Under the pieces are notes generated by a model. That model did no database searches. It saw only the letters and a program-made list of their open reading frames with translations, and was not told the origin of the DNA. The translations under genes and the position numbers were made by a program. From assembly GCA_043804515.1 (NCBI GenBank), contig JAZDIZ010000012.1, positions 1 to 19,707 of the forward strand: a stretch of DNA of 19,707 nt. The letters run 5' to 3'. Positions 1-10,661 of the stretch are shown here, one piece after another. This DNA is from Pseudomonadota bacterium (lineage in GTDB: Bacteria; Bdellovibrionota_G; JALEGL01; DATDPG01). Every line of letters begins with the position of its first letter. Position 1 is the first letter of the stretch.

Positions 1-1050
1 CCGATACTCCCCCTGCCCCGGAAGCCAGACTTCCAAATCGTACGTCTTGGCCGAACCGAAGCCGGTATCGGCGCTGCAAAGCGTGACGACGCGGTACGAA
101 AGTTCGAGGCGCTTGAGGACCTCCTCGGCGTCACCCGTGAGTTTCTCGAGGGCGTCGTACGACTCTTCGGGCCGCGCGAACTTCACCAACTCCACTTTGT
201 CGAATTGATGCTGCCGGATGAGGCCTTTCGTATCCTTGCCGTACGAACCCGCTTCGCGGCGGAAACAAGCGCTGAACGCCACGAACGATTTCGGGAGGAT
301 CTCTTCCGGAACGGTTTCCTCGCGGAAAAGATTCGTGACCGGGACTTCCGCCGTGGGGATCAGGAAGAACTCGGGGTCCGCGATCTTGAACGCCTCCTCC
401 TCGAATTTGGGGAGCTGTCCCGTTCCCGTCATCGTGGCCCGGCTCACGAGAAACGGCGGCCAGATCTCCTCGTAACCACGGCTCCGGTGGAGGTCCATCA
501 TGAAGTTCAGGATCGCGCGTTCCAGGCGCGCGCCCCAGCCACGCAGAAATACGAAGCGGGCGCCGGAGACTTTCCCGGCGCGCTCGAAGTCCAAAATCCC
601 GAGTTCCGATCCCAGAACGTCGTGCGGTTTCGGTTTCGAAACGGGGTTCTTGGGTTCCCCCCACGTGCGCACGACGGGATTGTCGGCGGAAGATCTCCCC
701 TCGGCCACCGACTCGTGCAACACGTTCGGAAGGTACAGAAGCTTCTCGCTAAGATCGGATTCCAGGTCAGCCGACGCTTTCTCCCCGGCCTGAATCTCCT
801 TCTTGAGGCGGCCCGATTCTTCTTTGAGCGGCTCGCCCTTCTTGGGGTCGGCGTTTTTATCCGTGAAGAGCTTTCCGATCTCGCTCGAAAGCGCGTTCAC
901 TCGGGCACGCTTGGCATCCAGCTCGGTCTGGAACCGGCGCCGCTTGAGTCCCAGTGTGTCGATCGGCCCCAACTCAAAATCCGAGCCCCGCAAGCGAAGG
1001 CTGCGTTCGATGCGTTCCCGGTACTGTTCGATATATCGGTAGTCGATCAT
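1..1050 (-). CDS. serS: Seryl-tRNA synthetase, 3' end runs off the window; not in the ORF track
   Basis: Manual translation from ATG at 1050 gives [22 protein letters not shown]..., a coiled-coil arm, then [27 protein letters not shown], and at the window edge [32 protein letters not shown]. These are typical SerS motifs. The start overlaps the upstream stop (ATGA, 1047-1050). Confidence 0.96.
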   Translation of the reverse strand, partial: MIDYRYIEQYRERIERSLRLRGSDFELGPIDTLGLKRRRFQTELDAKRARVNALSSEIGKLFTDKNADPKKGEPLKEESGRLKKEIQAGEKASADLESDLSEKLLYLPNVLHESVAEGRSSADNPVVRTWGEPKNPVSKPKPHDVLGSELGILDFERAGKVSGARFVFLRGWGARLERAILNFMMDLHRSRGYEEIWPPFLVSRATMTGTGQLPKFEEEAFKIADPEFFLIPTAEVPVTNLFREETVPEEILPKSFVAFSACFRREAGSYGKDTKGLIRQHQFDKVELVKFARPEESYDALEKLTGDAEEVLKRLELSYRVVTLCSADTGFGSAKTYDLEVWLPGQGEYR

Positions 1051-4000
1051 GGCGTGCGTGTCAGAGAGTCAATCTGATCCTCAATATCCTCTTTCTCTTT
1101 CGAGTTCGGGTCCAGCTTCAGGTATTTGCGGAAGGCCAGTACGGCCGCCTGGCGCTGATTCGTATCCTTATACATGAAGCCCAGGTAGTAATACGGGCGC
1201 GGATCGTCCGGATCGATGGCCTGCGCCTTCCTGAGATGATCGATCGCAAGCCTTCGGCCGCCCGCCTCCTCCGCGATCTGAGCCAGTCCCACGTAAGCAT
1301 CTGAACTGTTCCTGGTCACGGCCAGCGTCTTTTCGAAATAGGTCTTCGCCGCCTTCGTTTTTTCGTCGCGCCGGAACGCTTCCGCGATTTTGAGCAGAAT
1401 CTCGCCGTCGGCGGGGTCGATTCTTTCGGCCCGAAGATAATATTCCACCGCTTTCCCGTACTGGCCCCGTTCGTCGTAGAAATCCCCCATCGCGACCAGC
1501 GGTTCGACGTATTTCGGATCGAAACTCAGCGCTTTCTCCATGGCGGCGCCGGCATTCCCCGGATCGTTCCTGAAAATATGAGTCACCTGTATCTGATAGT
1601 ACGCCTCGGCCGATTCGGGGCGGAGCTGCGAGGCGATCGACAACTGCTCCCCAGCGGCCTCCAGGTTTCCGAGCCCGCGCCAGGCGATCCCCAGATTGAG
1701 ATGGGTCGGAAAATAGTTGGAATTCCATTTGGAGGCTTCTTGGAGGTCCGCCAGCGCCTCCTGATACGAGTGCTCGTCGATCAGGACGGTGGCGGCTCTC
1801 ACCCAGGTGTCATAGTCCCTGGGACGGGCTTTGAGCACGTTGCGGAAGGTTTCAAGCGCCTTGGTGTACTCCTTTTTCCGCCGTTCCAGCTCGCCGATCG
1901 CCACCTGCGTGTCGAGGCGGTTGGGTTCCGCGGCCAGGGCTTTTTGAAAGTAGCTGGAGGCTTTGTCGGTCCGGTTCAGAGCCAAATACGCCCGCCCTAA
2001 GTTCAAGAGGACGTCGACGTCCGCTCCCGCTTGCTTCTCCGCGATTTGGAACTCTCCCAGTGCCTCGGCAAACCTTCGATTCACAAGAAGCACTTCCCCC
2101 ATGGCGTCATGCGCGCGTACGGAGTTGGGGGCGATGGCGATGGCCGCTTTGAGCTGCGTTCTCGCCATCGAAAAATTATCGCGGGCCAGATACAGCTCTC
2201 CCAGATTGACCATTGCGTTGAGATGTCTGGGGTCGGCCTTGAGCACGTTCTCAAAGGATGCCACCGCCTCGTCGCTCCGATTCAACGCTCTCTGGGTCAA
2301 GCCCAGCTGGTAGAGCCCTTCGACGTTCAAGGCTTCCTTTTCCAATCCTTTGTTCAACTGGCCGAAGGACTCGGCAAACTTCCCCATCTCGCGCAGCGCG
2401 TTTCCTTCATAGATGAAATACTCCGCCGTTTGGGGCGAAAGGCTCGAAGCACGTCCGAACTCCGTCGCCGCCTTCTCGTATTGCTTCTGCTGGAGATACA
2501 GGCGGCCCAGATAAAACGCGTTGGCGTGGCTGGAGCGGTCCGCTTCCGCCGCCTTCTCCATAGCGGCGACCGCGCCAGGAAGATCGTTCTGTGCTTCGGC
2601 GATCTCCGCCAGCGATTTCCACGCCCGCCCCAGATCATAGTTGGAGAGCGTGGCGGCTCCGGTCTGCACAAGAGTCTTGAGCCCTTCTTTGGCCTCGTTC
2701 ACTTGGCCGCGATTGGAATACAGCAGGCGCCAGAGATCGATCTGCGAACTCGGGTGCGTTGGCTGCGCCGAAACGAGCTGGCGCAGGATTCGCTCGGCTT
2801 CCTCGATGTTCCCCTGTTGGAGATAGGCGACCGCCAGAAAATGCTGGGCGCGCGGCCATTTCGGATTGGACGCCAGAACCTGGCCGAACTGGGTCACGGC
2901 GGCGTCCAGGTCTCCCCGGCTCAAAGCGATTTCCCCCAAGAGTGTAAGGGTTCCCGGGTCCTTGGAGTCCATTGATAGGGCGCGACGCGCCGTGGTCTCC
3001 GCCTGGGCGTACTGTCCGTCGGTAAAGAGGTACCTGGCCTTCGCCCGCAGGGTTTCGATCAGGCTCGGGTGGTACTTTTCGCTCTGATCGACGAGCGAGA
3101 TGATCCGTTTGCGGACATTCGAACCGACGGTTTTGTCCCCGATGAGGAGGAGCGTCTCGGCAAGACGGGCATCCGTTGGGCTGTTGCGCGCGTCCATCTT
3201 CAAAATCGCCTCGTATTCGGTCTCCGCCTTTCGGTAATCCTCGACCCGATCGGTGGAAAAAAGCGGAAGCGTGGACTGGTATGCCTCGTTCAGCTGCTTG
3301 GCGACGTCCGCGCTGGGTGCGACGTATCCATCTTTAGGGGTTTGGCCGACCGTCCATCCGAAAAATCCACCCGGCGTAAATCGGGCCATCGCCAGGACCA
3401 CGAGAATCAACGTGGCGACCGCCGACGGAACGGCGATTCTCGCCACTCTCGGGATCACCTTGGCGCGTTCCCGGTATTCGATCCCCAGTCCGGACGCCAA
3501 GGCGTCCCCCGTTTCTTGAGGCACGGACACGCCGGCGCCGGAGACCTCGCTGAAAAGATCCTCGAGAGCCTCATCCCTCTTGCTTCTTTCAACCGAAGGC
3601 TGGACCGTGTCCTGCGCACCCGGCCTGGGTTGCCCCGCTTCCGGACTCGAAACCGGTTGCGCCTCCGGAGGTTTGGTGTGCGGTTGGTCGGAGGATAGGA
3701 ATTCTTCAAGAAGATCGTCCGTGTTCGGCGGCGCCGTCGGGGCGGGAGGGACCGGCGGTTTCGGCTGAGGCATGACCTTCGGGGCGGGGATCTCCGGAGC
3801 CGCAGGCGCCTTTTCATCCAGGTGGAACTCCGCAAGAATGTTCTCCACGCTGGGTTCTTCTTTCACCGGTTCGCCCGGCGCCTGTACTTTTTTCGTAGGC
3901 GCCTCCGCAGCCTCGTCGGCCAGATCGAAGAGCTTGTCGAAATCCCCGAGATCGGAAAGAAGCCGGTCGTCCAAAGTCTGCTGGGGCGGAGTGGCAGGGC

Positions 4001-4160
4001 CAGGCTGGGGCTTCGGCGGGGAAGGCGCCTTCGGAAGCGCGGGCGGGGGAGCGGCCTCGGGTTTCAAAGAGGCCGGTTTGCCCGATTGAGGCTTCGGGTC
4101 TTCCTTCTTCTCTTCTTTATCTTCTATCTCAAAAAAATCGTTAAAATCATCTTCCGACAC
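1047..4160 (-). CDS. Large membrane-anchored tetratricopeptide-repeat protein: acidic/Pro-rich N-terminus, one TM helix, long TPR array
   Basis: GTG start with AGGAG RBS at ~4166-4170. About 230 aa of low-complexity Pro/acidic sequence, a hydrophobic segment [18 protein letters not shown], then many ~34-aa repeats such as [31 protein letters not shown]. Confidence 0.9.
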   Translation of the reverse strand: MSEDDFNDFFEIEDKEEKKEDPKPQSGKPASLKPEAAPPPALPKAPSPPKPQPGPATPPQQTLDDRLLSDLGDFDKLFDLADEAAEAPTKKVQAPGEPVKEEPSVENILAEFHLDEKAPAAPEIPAPKVMPQPKPPVPPAPTAPPNTDDLLEEFLSSDQPHTKPPEAQPVSSPEAGQPRPGAQDTVQPSVERSKRDEALEDLFSEVSGAGVSVPQETGDALASGLGIEYRERAKVIPRVARIAVPSAVATLILVVLAMARFTPGGFFGWTVGQTPKDGYVAPSADVAKQLNEAYQSTLPLFSTDRVEDYRKAETEYEAILKMDARNSPTDARLAETLLLIGDKTVGSNVRKRIISLVDQSEKYHPSLIETLRAKARYLFTDGQYAQAETTARRALSMDSKDPGTLTLLGEIALSRGDLDAAVTQFGQVLASNPKWPRAQHFLAVAYLQQGNIEEAERILRQLVSAQPTHPSSQIDLWRLLYSNRGQVNEAKEGLKTLVQTGAATLSNYDLGRAWKSLAEIAEAQNDLPGAVAAMEKAAEADRSSHANAFYLGRLYLQQKQYEKAATEFGRASSLSPQTAEYFIYEGNALREMGKFAESFGQLNKGLEKEALNVEGLYQLGLTQRALNRSDEAVASFENVLKADPRHLNAMVNLGELYLARDNFSMARTQLKAAIAIAPNSVRAHDAMGEVLLVNRRFAEALGEFQIAEKQAGADVDVLLNLGRAYLALNRTDKASSYFQKALAAEPNRLDTQVAIGELERRKKEYTKALETFRNVLKARPRDYDTWVRAATVLIDEHSYQEALADLQEASKWNSNYFPTHLNLGIAWRGLGNLEAAGEQLSIASQLRPESAEAYYQIQVTHIFRNDPGNAGAAMEKALSFDPKYVEPLVAMGDFYDERGQYGKAVEYYLRAERIDPADGEILLKIAEAFRRDEKTKAAKTYFEKTLAVTRNSSDAYVGLAQIAEEAGGRRLAIDHLRKAQAIDPDDPRPYYYLGFMYKDTNQRQAAVLAFRKYLKLDPNSKEKEDIEDQIDSLTRTP

Positions 4161-4191
4161 AAAATCTCCTGCAGACTACAAGAATAGCAAA

Positions 4192-5061
4192 TCAGAACAT
4201 GAACTCTACGTTTCCGGCGAACGTTTCCGCCGCGGGATTGAGCCTCTGGGAGAACGTGAAATTGAGGGAGATCTTCGGCCCGTTCAAGGCAAGGCCTCCC
4301 GACCAGAAGTTGTCGTCCCGTACCCGATCCAACCCGAATCCGCCCCGGGCGTAAACCCCCTCCACCAGCCTCAATTCCGCGCCGAAGTAGCTGTTCACCT
4401 TCGCGACTGAAGGGGTCTGAAAATCGCGTGTCAAATCCACGGCCAGGCGGGCGTGCGGCTTGAGGTTGAGCCCCGCGCCGAATCCAAGGACAAACGGGAA
4501 CGGCGGCCGGCGATTCCCCTGGAACAGATTCTGGACGGTGAGCGCCATCGAGAGAATAGAAATGGGTTTGACGAGGAGCCCCAAATCCATATCGGCCCCT
4601 TTGGGCCCTGTCGTGAACGGGTCATTCACGGTCGAAACGTAGCCCTTTACGTTCGCGCCGACGGAAACGATCTCTTCGTATGCATAGGCGGCCGCGACCG
4701 TGACCTGGTTCACCACAACGCCTTTGTTCACGGTAAAGGCGTCCCGGTCGTATTCGATCCCCAGCGCCAGAAAATCGAGGGTTTTGGCGTCCACGGCCGA
4801 CACCGAAAAGGCGTTGGACCCGGCGCGTTTGTTATGCATGTAGTCCCCGGACACCACGGACTGCCCTTTGTTCTGCGTGATTCCCGCCGGGTTGATGAGG
4901 ATGGCCGAATTCGAATCCGCCAATGCGCGGTACGCGCCGCCAAAACCGAGGGGTACGGTCTTGAGGAGGTAGTTTTGCGTGAAATCGATGTCCAGGATCG
5001 TTTGCGCCTCCGCGCTCAAGGGAGCGAGAGAGACCAACAACACGAGGATCCCGCGTCTCAC
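4192..5061 (-). CDS. Outer-membrane beta-barrel protein, PorV/UPF0164/FadL-like
   Basis: Signal peptide ending AEA, N-terminal motif LGFGGAYRALADSNSAILINPAGI typical of PorV/FadL-like barrels, amphipathic beta-strands, and a C-terminal Phe (GNVEFMF) resembling a BAM signal. Confidence 0.75.
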   Translation of the reverse strand: MRRGILVLLVSLAPLSAEAQTILDIDFTQNYLLKTVPLGFGGAYRALADSNSAILINPAGITQNKGQSVVSGDYMHNKRAGSNAFSVSAVDAKTLDFLALGIEYDRDAFTVNKGVVVNQVTVAAAYAYEEIVSVGANVKGYVSTVNDPFTTGPKGADMDLGLLVKPISILSMALTVQNLFQGNRRPPFPFVLGFGAGLNLKPHARLAVDLTRDFQTPSVAKVNSYFGAELRLVEGVYARGGFGLDRVRDDNFWSGGLALNGPKISLNFTFSQRLNPAAETFAGNVEFMF

Positions 5062-5069
5062 AGGCCGCT

Positions 5070-5846
5070 CTATCTGGAGCTGATTCCGCTCACGCAGGTG
5101 GCGACCAGGCCGTCAATAATCTCTTTCAGGTTCCCTTCCTTCGGAAGCTTTTTCACCTTCTCCAGGACCGGGGCATTCTTCCCCTTCTTATAGAACTTGA
5201 CCTGGAGAAGCCGGCTGGAACCCATCTCACTCGAAAGGCTTCCCACGAAAACCCCGTCCAGGTTCCGGGCCTTCAAAATTTTCTGGATCGAATCGGGCCG
5301 GTCCGGGCTGAAGCGTTCGCCTGCAAGCGAATCGCCGGTCACCGGCACCCGGCCTGAGTTACGCAGCGAAAGCGTGAACGCATCATAGGCCCACTTCGCG
5401 ACGGGATCGTCCGCATCAGGCGCCGTAAACGGCAGGACTCCCACCTGGCCGTATCGGGGCGCCCCCAAGTCGGACGAGAATGTATTTCTCTCCACCGGTG
5501 CCGAAGGCGCGGCCGGGACCGCCGGAGCCGAGCGTGGTTCTTCGCGCGGGCTCTCCCATCGTTCGAACACGTGCACGTACCGGAATTCCACCCACCCGAT
5601 CCCCTCCGTATCGTTCGGTGATCGGCTGATGCGGACCCATCCCTGCCGTTTCTGTTTCGCCTTGCGCACCACCCAGACCTGGTCGCCCGTCGTGAGCCGC
5701 TGGCCCAGGACTTCCCCCGTGTCGGTCGTGATGTCCACGTTCGTAGCGTTGATGAACGCGGGCGCGAGCGGCGCCTCGTCGGCCACGACCGGCGTGGAAA
5801 CAAAGGAAAAGACCGCTGCCAAAAGAACGGAAACTAACGCTGCCAT
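5070..5846 (-). CDS. Exported protein with an SH3b-like N-terminal domain, Pro/Ala linker and TolB-N/CsgG-like alpha/beta C-terminal domain
   Basis: Signal peptide, then AFINATNVDI...LTTGDQVWVV...GWVRI...GIGWVEFRYV (SH3b pattern). C-terminal VGVLPF...LDGVFVGSLS pattern. Domain names are by eye. Confidence 0.6.
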   Translation of the reverse strand: MAALVSVLLAAVFSFVSTPVVADEAPLAPAFINATNVDITTDTGEVLGQRLTTGDQVWVVRKAKQKRQGWVRISRSPNDTEGIGWVEFRYVHVFERWESPREEPRSAPAVPAAPSAPVERNTFSSDLGAPRYGQVGVLPFTAPDADDPVAKWAYDAFTLSLRNSGRVPVTGDSLAGERFSPDRPDSIQKILKARNLDGVFVGSLSSEMGSSRLLQVKFYKKGKNAPVLEKVKKLPKEGNLKEIIDGLVATCVSGISSR

Positions 5847-6241
5847 TGGATTTGCTCCGGAGACGGTTTATGAGAGACAAGAACGTCCCGAATGAACTCG
5901 GCATCGTACGGAACGGCCCGACCGAGCTCCCGCCGGTGGCACTTGTCGCAGGTTTTATCCAGCTCCTCCTTGGTCTGCGGATTCACGATCATCGCGTAAT
6001 GCCCTTCCGTCTCGTCCTCGGAGTACGGATTCCCGAGGTGGCACGTGTCGCAACGATAGTTGTGCTGCCGGGCGATCGGCTCCTGGTAGATGTGGCACGG
6101 CATACATACGCGCTCACTTCCCCATTTTTTCTCCGCCGTTTCCCTCTGCTTGACGGCTTCCGGCTTCGTGCAGGAAGCCACGTACACCGAGAGCGCGCCG
6201 GCGAAAACCACAAGAAGGAATATCGCTAACCTGTTCTTCAT
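5834..6241 (-). CDS. Small multihaem (3 x CxxCH) c-type cytochrome, probable lipoprotein
   Basis: Haem motifs CMPCH, CDTCH and CDKCH. Signal MKNRLAIFLLVVFAGALSVYVASC with lipobox-like VASC. ATG at 6241 preferred over the GTG at 6253. Confidence 0.85.
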   Translation of the reverse strand: MKNRLAIFLLVVFAGALSVYVASCTKPEAVKQRETAEKKWGSERVCMPCHIYQEPIARQHNYRCDTCHLGNPYSEDETEGHYAMIVNPQTKEELDKTCDKCHRRELGRAVPYDAEFIRDVLVSHKPSPEQIQWQR

Positions 6242-6336
6242 TCTGGACCCCACAGTAATGTTTTAGTGTACCAAAAGCCTCACATTTTCCGAAACCTTCT
6301 CGAAGTCTGCCGGGCGTTATAAGCTCCGTCGCACGC

Positions 6337-7818
6337 ATGTCCTTTTATGTCCTCGCCATCGATCAGGGCACGACCGGTTCCACGGCGATTATTTTCGATG
6401 AAACCCGGGCGTCGGCAGGCAAAGCCTACCGGGAATTTACACAGCACTATCCCCGGCCGGGGTGGGTCGAACACGACGCCGAGGAAATCTGGGAGGTAAC
6501 GCTCGGGGTGGCGCGGGAGGCGCTCCGAAGCGCCGGAGTGCCCGCGCGATCTTTGGCCTCGATCGGCCTCACGAACCAACGCGAGACCACCGTGATCTGG
6601 GACCGGAAGACCTCCCGCCCCATCTCTCGGGCCATCGTCTGGCAATGCCGCAGGACGTCAGACGTGATCCGAAAGCTGAAGTCCCGAGGGCACGAAAAAG
6701 AAGTTCGCCGCCGGACGGGGCTGGTCCTGGATCCGTATTTCTCCGCTACGAAGGCTGCTTGGATTTTGGACCATGTCAAAGGCGCCCGGAAACGCGCGGG
6801 TCGAGGGGAGCTGGCGTTCGGCACGATCGATAGCTGGCTCATCTGGAAACTTACGGGGGGCCGGGTGCACGCCACGGATCCCACAAACGCCGGCCGCACG
6901 CTTCTTTTCGACATCCGCCAAAAAGCGTGGTCCGACGATCTCCTCCGCATCTTCAGGGTCCCGCGTGCCCTCCTGCCCGAGGTTCGGAACTCCTCCGGCG
7001 ATTTCGGAACAACCGAAAGCGCTCTTCTGGGCGCGGCGGTTCCGACCCGGGGCGTTGCCGGTGACCAGCAGGCCGCTCTGTTCGGCCACTATGCCGTCTC
7101 GCCGGGCCGGGGGAAGTGCACATTCGGCACCGGAGCGTTCGCCTTGGCCTATCTGGGCCGCCGGCCGATACAATCCAAGAGCGGCCTCCTTACAACGCTC
7201 GTCTGCGATGCGGACGGAAAACCGGCTTACGGGCTGGAAGGGTCCATCTTCATGGCCGGCGCAATCGTCCAGTGGCTGCGGGACGGCATGAAGTGGATCC
7301 GGAATGCCGCCGAGTCGGAAATGGAGGCGCGGTCGGTGGAGGATACGGGAGGCGTTCTTCTCGTGCCGGCCTTTGTCGGTCTCGGCGCGCCATATTGGGA
7401 CTCCGAAGCCCGCGCGGCGGTTTTGGGGATGAGCCGCGGCACGACACGGGCTCATATCATTAGAGCGGCTCTTGAAGCGATCGCGTATCAGACTTCGGAC
7501 CTCGTTAGGGCCATGAACGGCGACACGGGACACAAGCTCAACGCGTTGTGGGTGGACGGCGGCGCCGTCCGGAACGAGTTCCTGATGCAGTTCATGGCCG
7601 ACGTCCTCGGGATACCGGTACATCGGCCGGCGATGATCGAGCTGACGGCGTTCGGAGCCGCCCGGTTGGCTGCCGTGAGCGAGGGCCTTTGGCGGACCCC
7701 GCCGGAAGCGAATTCGCGCTCCGTCACGACGTATCACCCAGCGATTTCGCCCGCGGAGCGCAAGCGGAAGCTGGCGGCCTGGGCCGAGGCCGTCTCGCGC
7801 GTGAGAAGCAGAGCGTAA
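6337..7818 (+). CDS. glpK: Glycerol kinase
   Basis: Motifs LAIDQGTTGS, PRPGWVEHDAEEIW, TNQRETT, DPYFSATK, GDQQAALFG, VPAFVGLGAPYWD and VDGGA. Confidence 0.97.
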   Translation: MSFYVLAIDQGTTGSTAIIFDETRASAGKAYREFTQHYPRPGWVEHDAEEIWEVTLGVAREALRSAGVPARSLASIGLTNQRETTVIWDRKTSRPISRAIVWQCRRTSDVIRKLKSRGHEKEVRRRTGLVLDPYFSATKAAWILDHVKGARKRAGRGELAFGTIDSWLIWKLTGGRVHATDPTNAGRTLLFDIRQKAWSDDLLRIFRVPRALLPEVRNSSGDFGTTESALLGAAVPTRGVAGDQQAALFGHYAVSPGRGKCTFGTGAFALAYLGRRPIQSKSGLLTTLVCDADGKPAYGLEGSIFMAGAIVQWLRDGMKWIRNAAESEMEARSVEDTGGVLLVPAFVGLGAPYWDSEARAAVLGMSRGTTRAHIIRAALEAIAYQTSDLVRAMNGDTGHKLNALWVDGGAVRNEFLMQFMADVLGIPVHRPAMIELTAFGAARLAAVSEGLWRTPPEANSRSVTTYHPAISPAERKRKLAAWAEAVSRVRSRA

Positions 7819-7891
7819 AAACCGATAGGGGCACCCGCGCCACAGCCGCTCCAGGAGAGGCGCTGAGTCGCACGCGTCGCCTTTTTACCCC

Positions 7892-7921
7892 ATGACTTCC
7901 CCTCCGGGCCTCGGATATACT
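7892..7921 (+). promoter_or_regulatory. Possible sigma70 promoter for the HD-GYP gene
   Basis: ATGACT (7892-7897), 18 nt, TATACT (7916-7921), followed by AAGGAGG (7937-7943) and an in-frame TTG at 7949. Confidence 0.4.
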
Positions 7922-7948
7922 TCCCTTGGTTCGTCGAAGGAGGGGGGA

Positions 7949-9064
7949 TTGTCGGCCACATCTTTGGCACGCGTGCTGCACTGCGATCCGGGCGATTCGC
8001 TCCGACGAACGCTTTCAAGCTACCAGGTGCTCAAGCTCACGCTGGAGACGACGTACAACCTCCTCAAACCTGAGGCGGCCGTTCTCTTCATGCGCGATCC
8101 TCGGACGGGGCGTTACGAGATCCGGGATTTTTGCGCGCAGGAACCCAAGGTTCTCGCGGAGGTGATCGGGACACCGAACCTTGCGGCATTGGAGAACGCC
8201 GTCCGCCATGAACCGTACATCTGTGCGTCCGGCGACCGCCTCGATCTTTATTTCCGGCGCAAGCCGTCGTTCGGTGCTCTGGATCTTTTCTTCTCCGTGC
8301 CGGTCCGGAGCGCCGATCACCTGCTGGGGTTCATCAACGTTTATCATTTCGGCTCCAAGCTCCAGGCCACCGAGGGGCAGCACCGGATGCTCGCCGCCCT
8401 CGCCACGCGCGCCGGAAAAGCTCTCGACGACAGGAACCTCTTCGAGAACCTGCGGGAGACGTTCAAGCAGACGATCTATAACTTCGCGCAGGCGCTGGAT
8501 CGCAAGGACCCTTATACGGCCGGGCATTCCGACCGGACCCGGATTTACGTTTCGATGATTCTGGACGGCCTCAAAACGATGAGCGAGCACGAAAAGGGAC
8601 TCGTCCTGGACGCCTCGAAATTGCACGACATCGGGAAACTCAATGTGGATCTCTCCACGCTGAACAACCCTGGGCCACTCTCCCCGAACGAGATCGCGGA
8701 TTTCCGTGCTCATCCCATCTACGGCAAAGAGATCCTGGAACCGGTTTTCTTCTTTTCGGAAATGATCCCGCTCGTTTACCACCATCACGAAAGCGTCGAC
8801 GGGTCCGGATATCCCGAGGGGATCCGGGCTGAGCAGATCCCGCTCGGCGCCCGGATCATCACGCTCGCGGACAGCTACGACGCGATGACCAGCAACCGCT
8901 CGTACCGCCTCGCCCTCCCCCACGAAAAAGCCATCCGGGAAATTAAGAAGAACGCGGGCGTCCAGTTCGATGCCGAACTGGCGGAGATCTTCATCGAGCA
9001 AGTGGGGAAGCAACTCCACGCCCGCGAGATCCAAAAGCTGCTCCGATCCGTGTCGAGCCGCTGA
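7949..9064 (+). CDS. GAF + HD-GYP domain cyclic-dinucleotide phosphodiesterase
   Basis: Motifs DPYTAGHS, LHDIGK, HHHESVDGSGYPEG and ADSYDAMTSNRSYR, with an N-terminal GAF-like segment. Start placed at TTG 7949 behind the AAGGAGG RBS; the ORF track starts it at 7892. Confidence 0.9.
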   Translation: MSATSLARVLHCDPGDSLRRTLSSYQVLKLTLETTYNLLKPEAAVLFMRDPRTGRYEIRDFCAQEPKVLAEVIGTPNLAALENAVRHEPYICASGDRLDLYFRRKPSFGALDLFFSVPVRSADHLLGFINVYHFGSKLQATEGQHRMLAALATRAGKALDDRNLFENLRETFKQTIYNFAQALDRKDPYTAGHSDRTRIYVSMILDGLKTMSEHEKGLVLDASKLHDIGKLNVDLSTLNNPGPLSPNEIADFRAHPIYGKEILEPVFFFSEMIPLVYHHHESVDGSGYPEGIRAEQIPLGARIITLADSYDAMTSNRSYRLALPHEKAIREIKKNAGVQFDAELAEIFIEQVGKQLHAREIQKLLRSVSSR

Positions 9065-9188
9065 CCGAACGCCCGTTCCGGGTTACGACCCGATGGATCA
9101 CGATTAGCCGGAAGTGGAAACAAAAGTGTCGGAATATGGGTTCCGGTTCTTGGGAGGAACACTCTTCGGGGGGGGAGAATTCTCCAGC

Positions 9189-9216
9189 TTGCCTCGGGGG
9201 GTGCGGCGTGTAGATT
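9189..9216 (+). promoter_or_regulatory. Possible sigma70 promoter giving a leaderless radA mRNA
   Basis: TTGCCT, 16 nt, TAGATT, ending 6 nt before the GTG start at 9223. No SD sequence in between. Confidence 0.45.
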
Positions 9217-9222
9217 GCGCGC

Positions 9223-10587
9223 GTGGCACGGTTCCGCACGATTTTCATCTGCCAGAGCTGCACGTATCAAAGTCCCAAGTGGCTGGGCCGCTGCCCTGAT
9301 TGCAGCGCCTGGAACAGCTTTATCGAAGAGGTCATACAGGAAGGCGGGACGAAAGAGTCGTTCGATCGAAGCGCCCGCAAGGGATCCGGTTCCGCGCCGG
9401 TCCCGATCACGTCGGTGGGCGACGACGCCTTAGAACGGATCCATCTCGGCTCGGAGGAGCTCAACCGCGTCCTGGGCGGGGGGCTGACAAAATCCTCCGT
9501 GGCTCTCCTGGCCGGGGATCCTGGCATCGGGAAGTCCACACTCCTTCTGCAGGTCGTCGGGCAACTGGCGAAAAACGAAAAAGGCCCCTTTTTGTACATC
9601 TCCGGCGAGGAATCGGCGGGCCAGATCAAGGTCCGAGCCAAGCGCCTCAACGCCGCTCACGATCAACTCTTGGTCTTGGCGGAAACGAACCTTATCGAAG
9701 TCCTCTCACATCTGGAAAAACTCCAGCCCCGGGTCGTAGTCGTGGATTCCGTCCAGACGCTCTACTGGCCCGAACTCAACTCGATCCCCGGAAGCATCAG
9801 TCAGGTACGGGAAGTCGCCGATCGCCTCATCCGCTTCGCCAAATCCTCCGACACAACGGTGTTCTTGGTGGGACACGTGAACAAAGAGGGCGGCATCGCG
9901 GGTCCCATGGCCCTGGAACACTTGGTGGACACCGTGCTTTTCCTCGAAGGGGATCGGGGCATGCCGTACCGGATTCTAAGGGCGATCAAGAACCGTTTCG
10001 GCGCGACGGATGAGATCGGCGTTTTCTCCATGACGGAGAGCGGAATGGAAGAGGTCGCGAATCCTTCCGAACTGTTTCTGCGCGATCGCCCTCACGACAC
10101 GCCCGGCACGGTGGTTTTTCCGGCCATTGAAGGTTCAAGGCCTCTTCTCGTGGAGGTTCAGGGCCTGACCTCCAAGGCGTTCTACGGGATTCCGCTGCGC
10201 AACTCGGTCGGTTTCGACAAGAACAGGCTCACAATGTTGCTCGCCGTCCTCGAAAAACGGGCCGGTGTGCATTTGTACGACCAGGATGTTTACGTAAACG
10301 TCGTGGGGGGGCTGAGAATCTCCGAGCCCGCGATCGACCTCGCCGTGGTTACGGCGGTTCTCTCGAGCTTTCTGGGAAAACCTGTCCCGCCAAAGACCGT
10401 GGCGTTCGGCGAGATCGGCCTGGCCGGCGAGACGCGCGCCGTCACGCAAACGGATGCGCGGCTCAAGGAGGCTTCTAAGCTCGGATTTTCCACCGCCTGG
10501 GTTCCCCGCAAGCCGACGGATGTGCGATCGGACATCCGTCCCCAGGTGATTCAGAGCGTAGACGGGCTGATCCAACTTTTGCGTTAA
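9223..10587 (+). CDS. radA: DNA repair protein RadA/Sms
   Basis: C4 zinc finger CQSC...CPDC, Walker A GDPGIGKST, KNRFG motif and Lon-like C-terminal domain. Confidence 0.98.
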   Translation: MARFRTIFICQSCTYQSPKWLGRCPDCSAWNSFIEEVIQEGGTKESFDRSARKGSGSAPVPITSVGDDALERIHLGSEELNRVLGGGLTKSSVALLAGDPGIGKSTLLLQVVGQLAKNEKGPFLYISGEESAGQIKVRAKRLNAAHDQLLVLAETNLIEVLSHLEKLQPRVVVVDSVQTLYWPELNSIPGSISQVREVADRLIRFAKSSDTTVFLVGHVNKEGGIAGPMALEHLVDTVLFLEGDRGMPYRILRAIKNRFGATDEIGVFSMTESGMEEVANPSELFLRDRPHDTPGTVVFPAIEGSRPLLVEVQGLTSKAFYGIPLRNSVGFDKNRLTMLLAVLEKRAGVHLYDQDVYVNVVGGLRISEPAIDLAVVTAVLSSFLGKPVPPKTVAFGEIGLAGETRAVTQTDARLKEASKLGFSTAWVPRKPTDVRSDIRPQVIQSVDGLIQLLR

Positions 10588-10661
10588 GCTGGGACCCGCT
10601 CGGAACCGCGGAAACAAGTTTGATGTGACCCGCTCTAAAGTCCAGGCGGAGGGGCCCTCGA

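Noticed and set aside
205..1077. 290-aa plus-strand ORF and other long antisense ORFs (2031-2975, 6658-7737, 8015-9034, 12135-12995)
   Set aside because: Shadow ORFs opposite recognisable genes, as expected in GC-rich DNA.
7965..7980. Sigma54-like TGGCACGCGTGCTGCA near the HD-GYP start
   Set aside because: It lies inside the likely coding region. The TTG 7949 start has a strong SD, and the GAF helix seems to need these codons.
10588..10661. GACCCGCTC direct repeat between radA and the PilZ gene
   Set aside because: Only 9 bp in two copies with no supporting context, and no clear intrinsic terminator.
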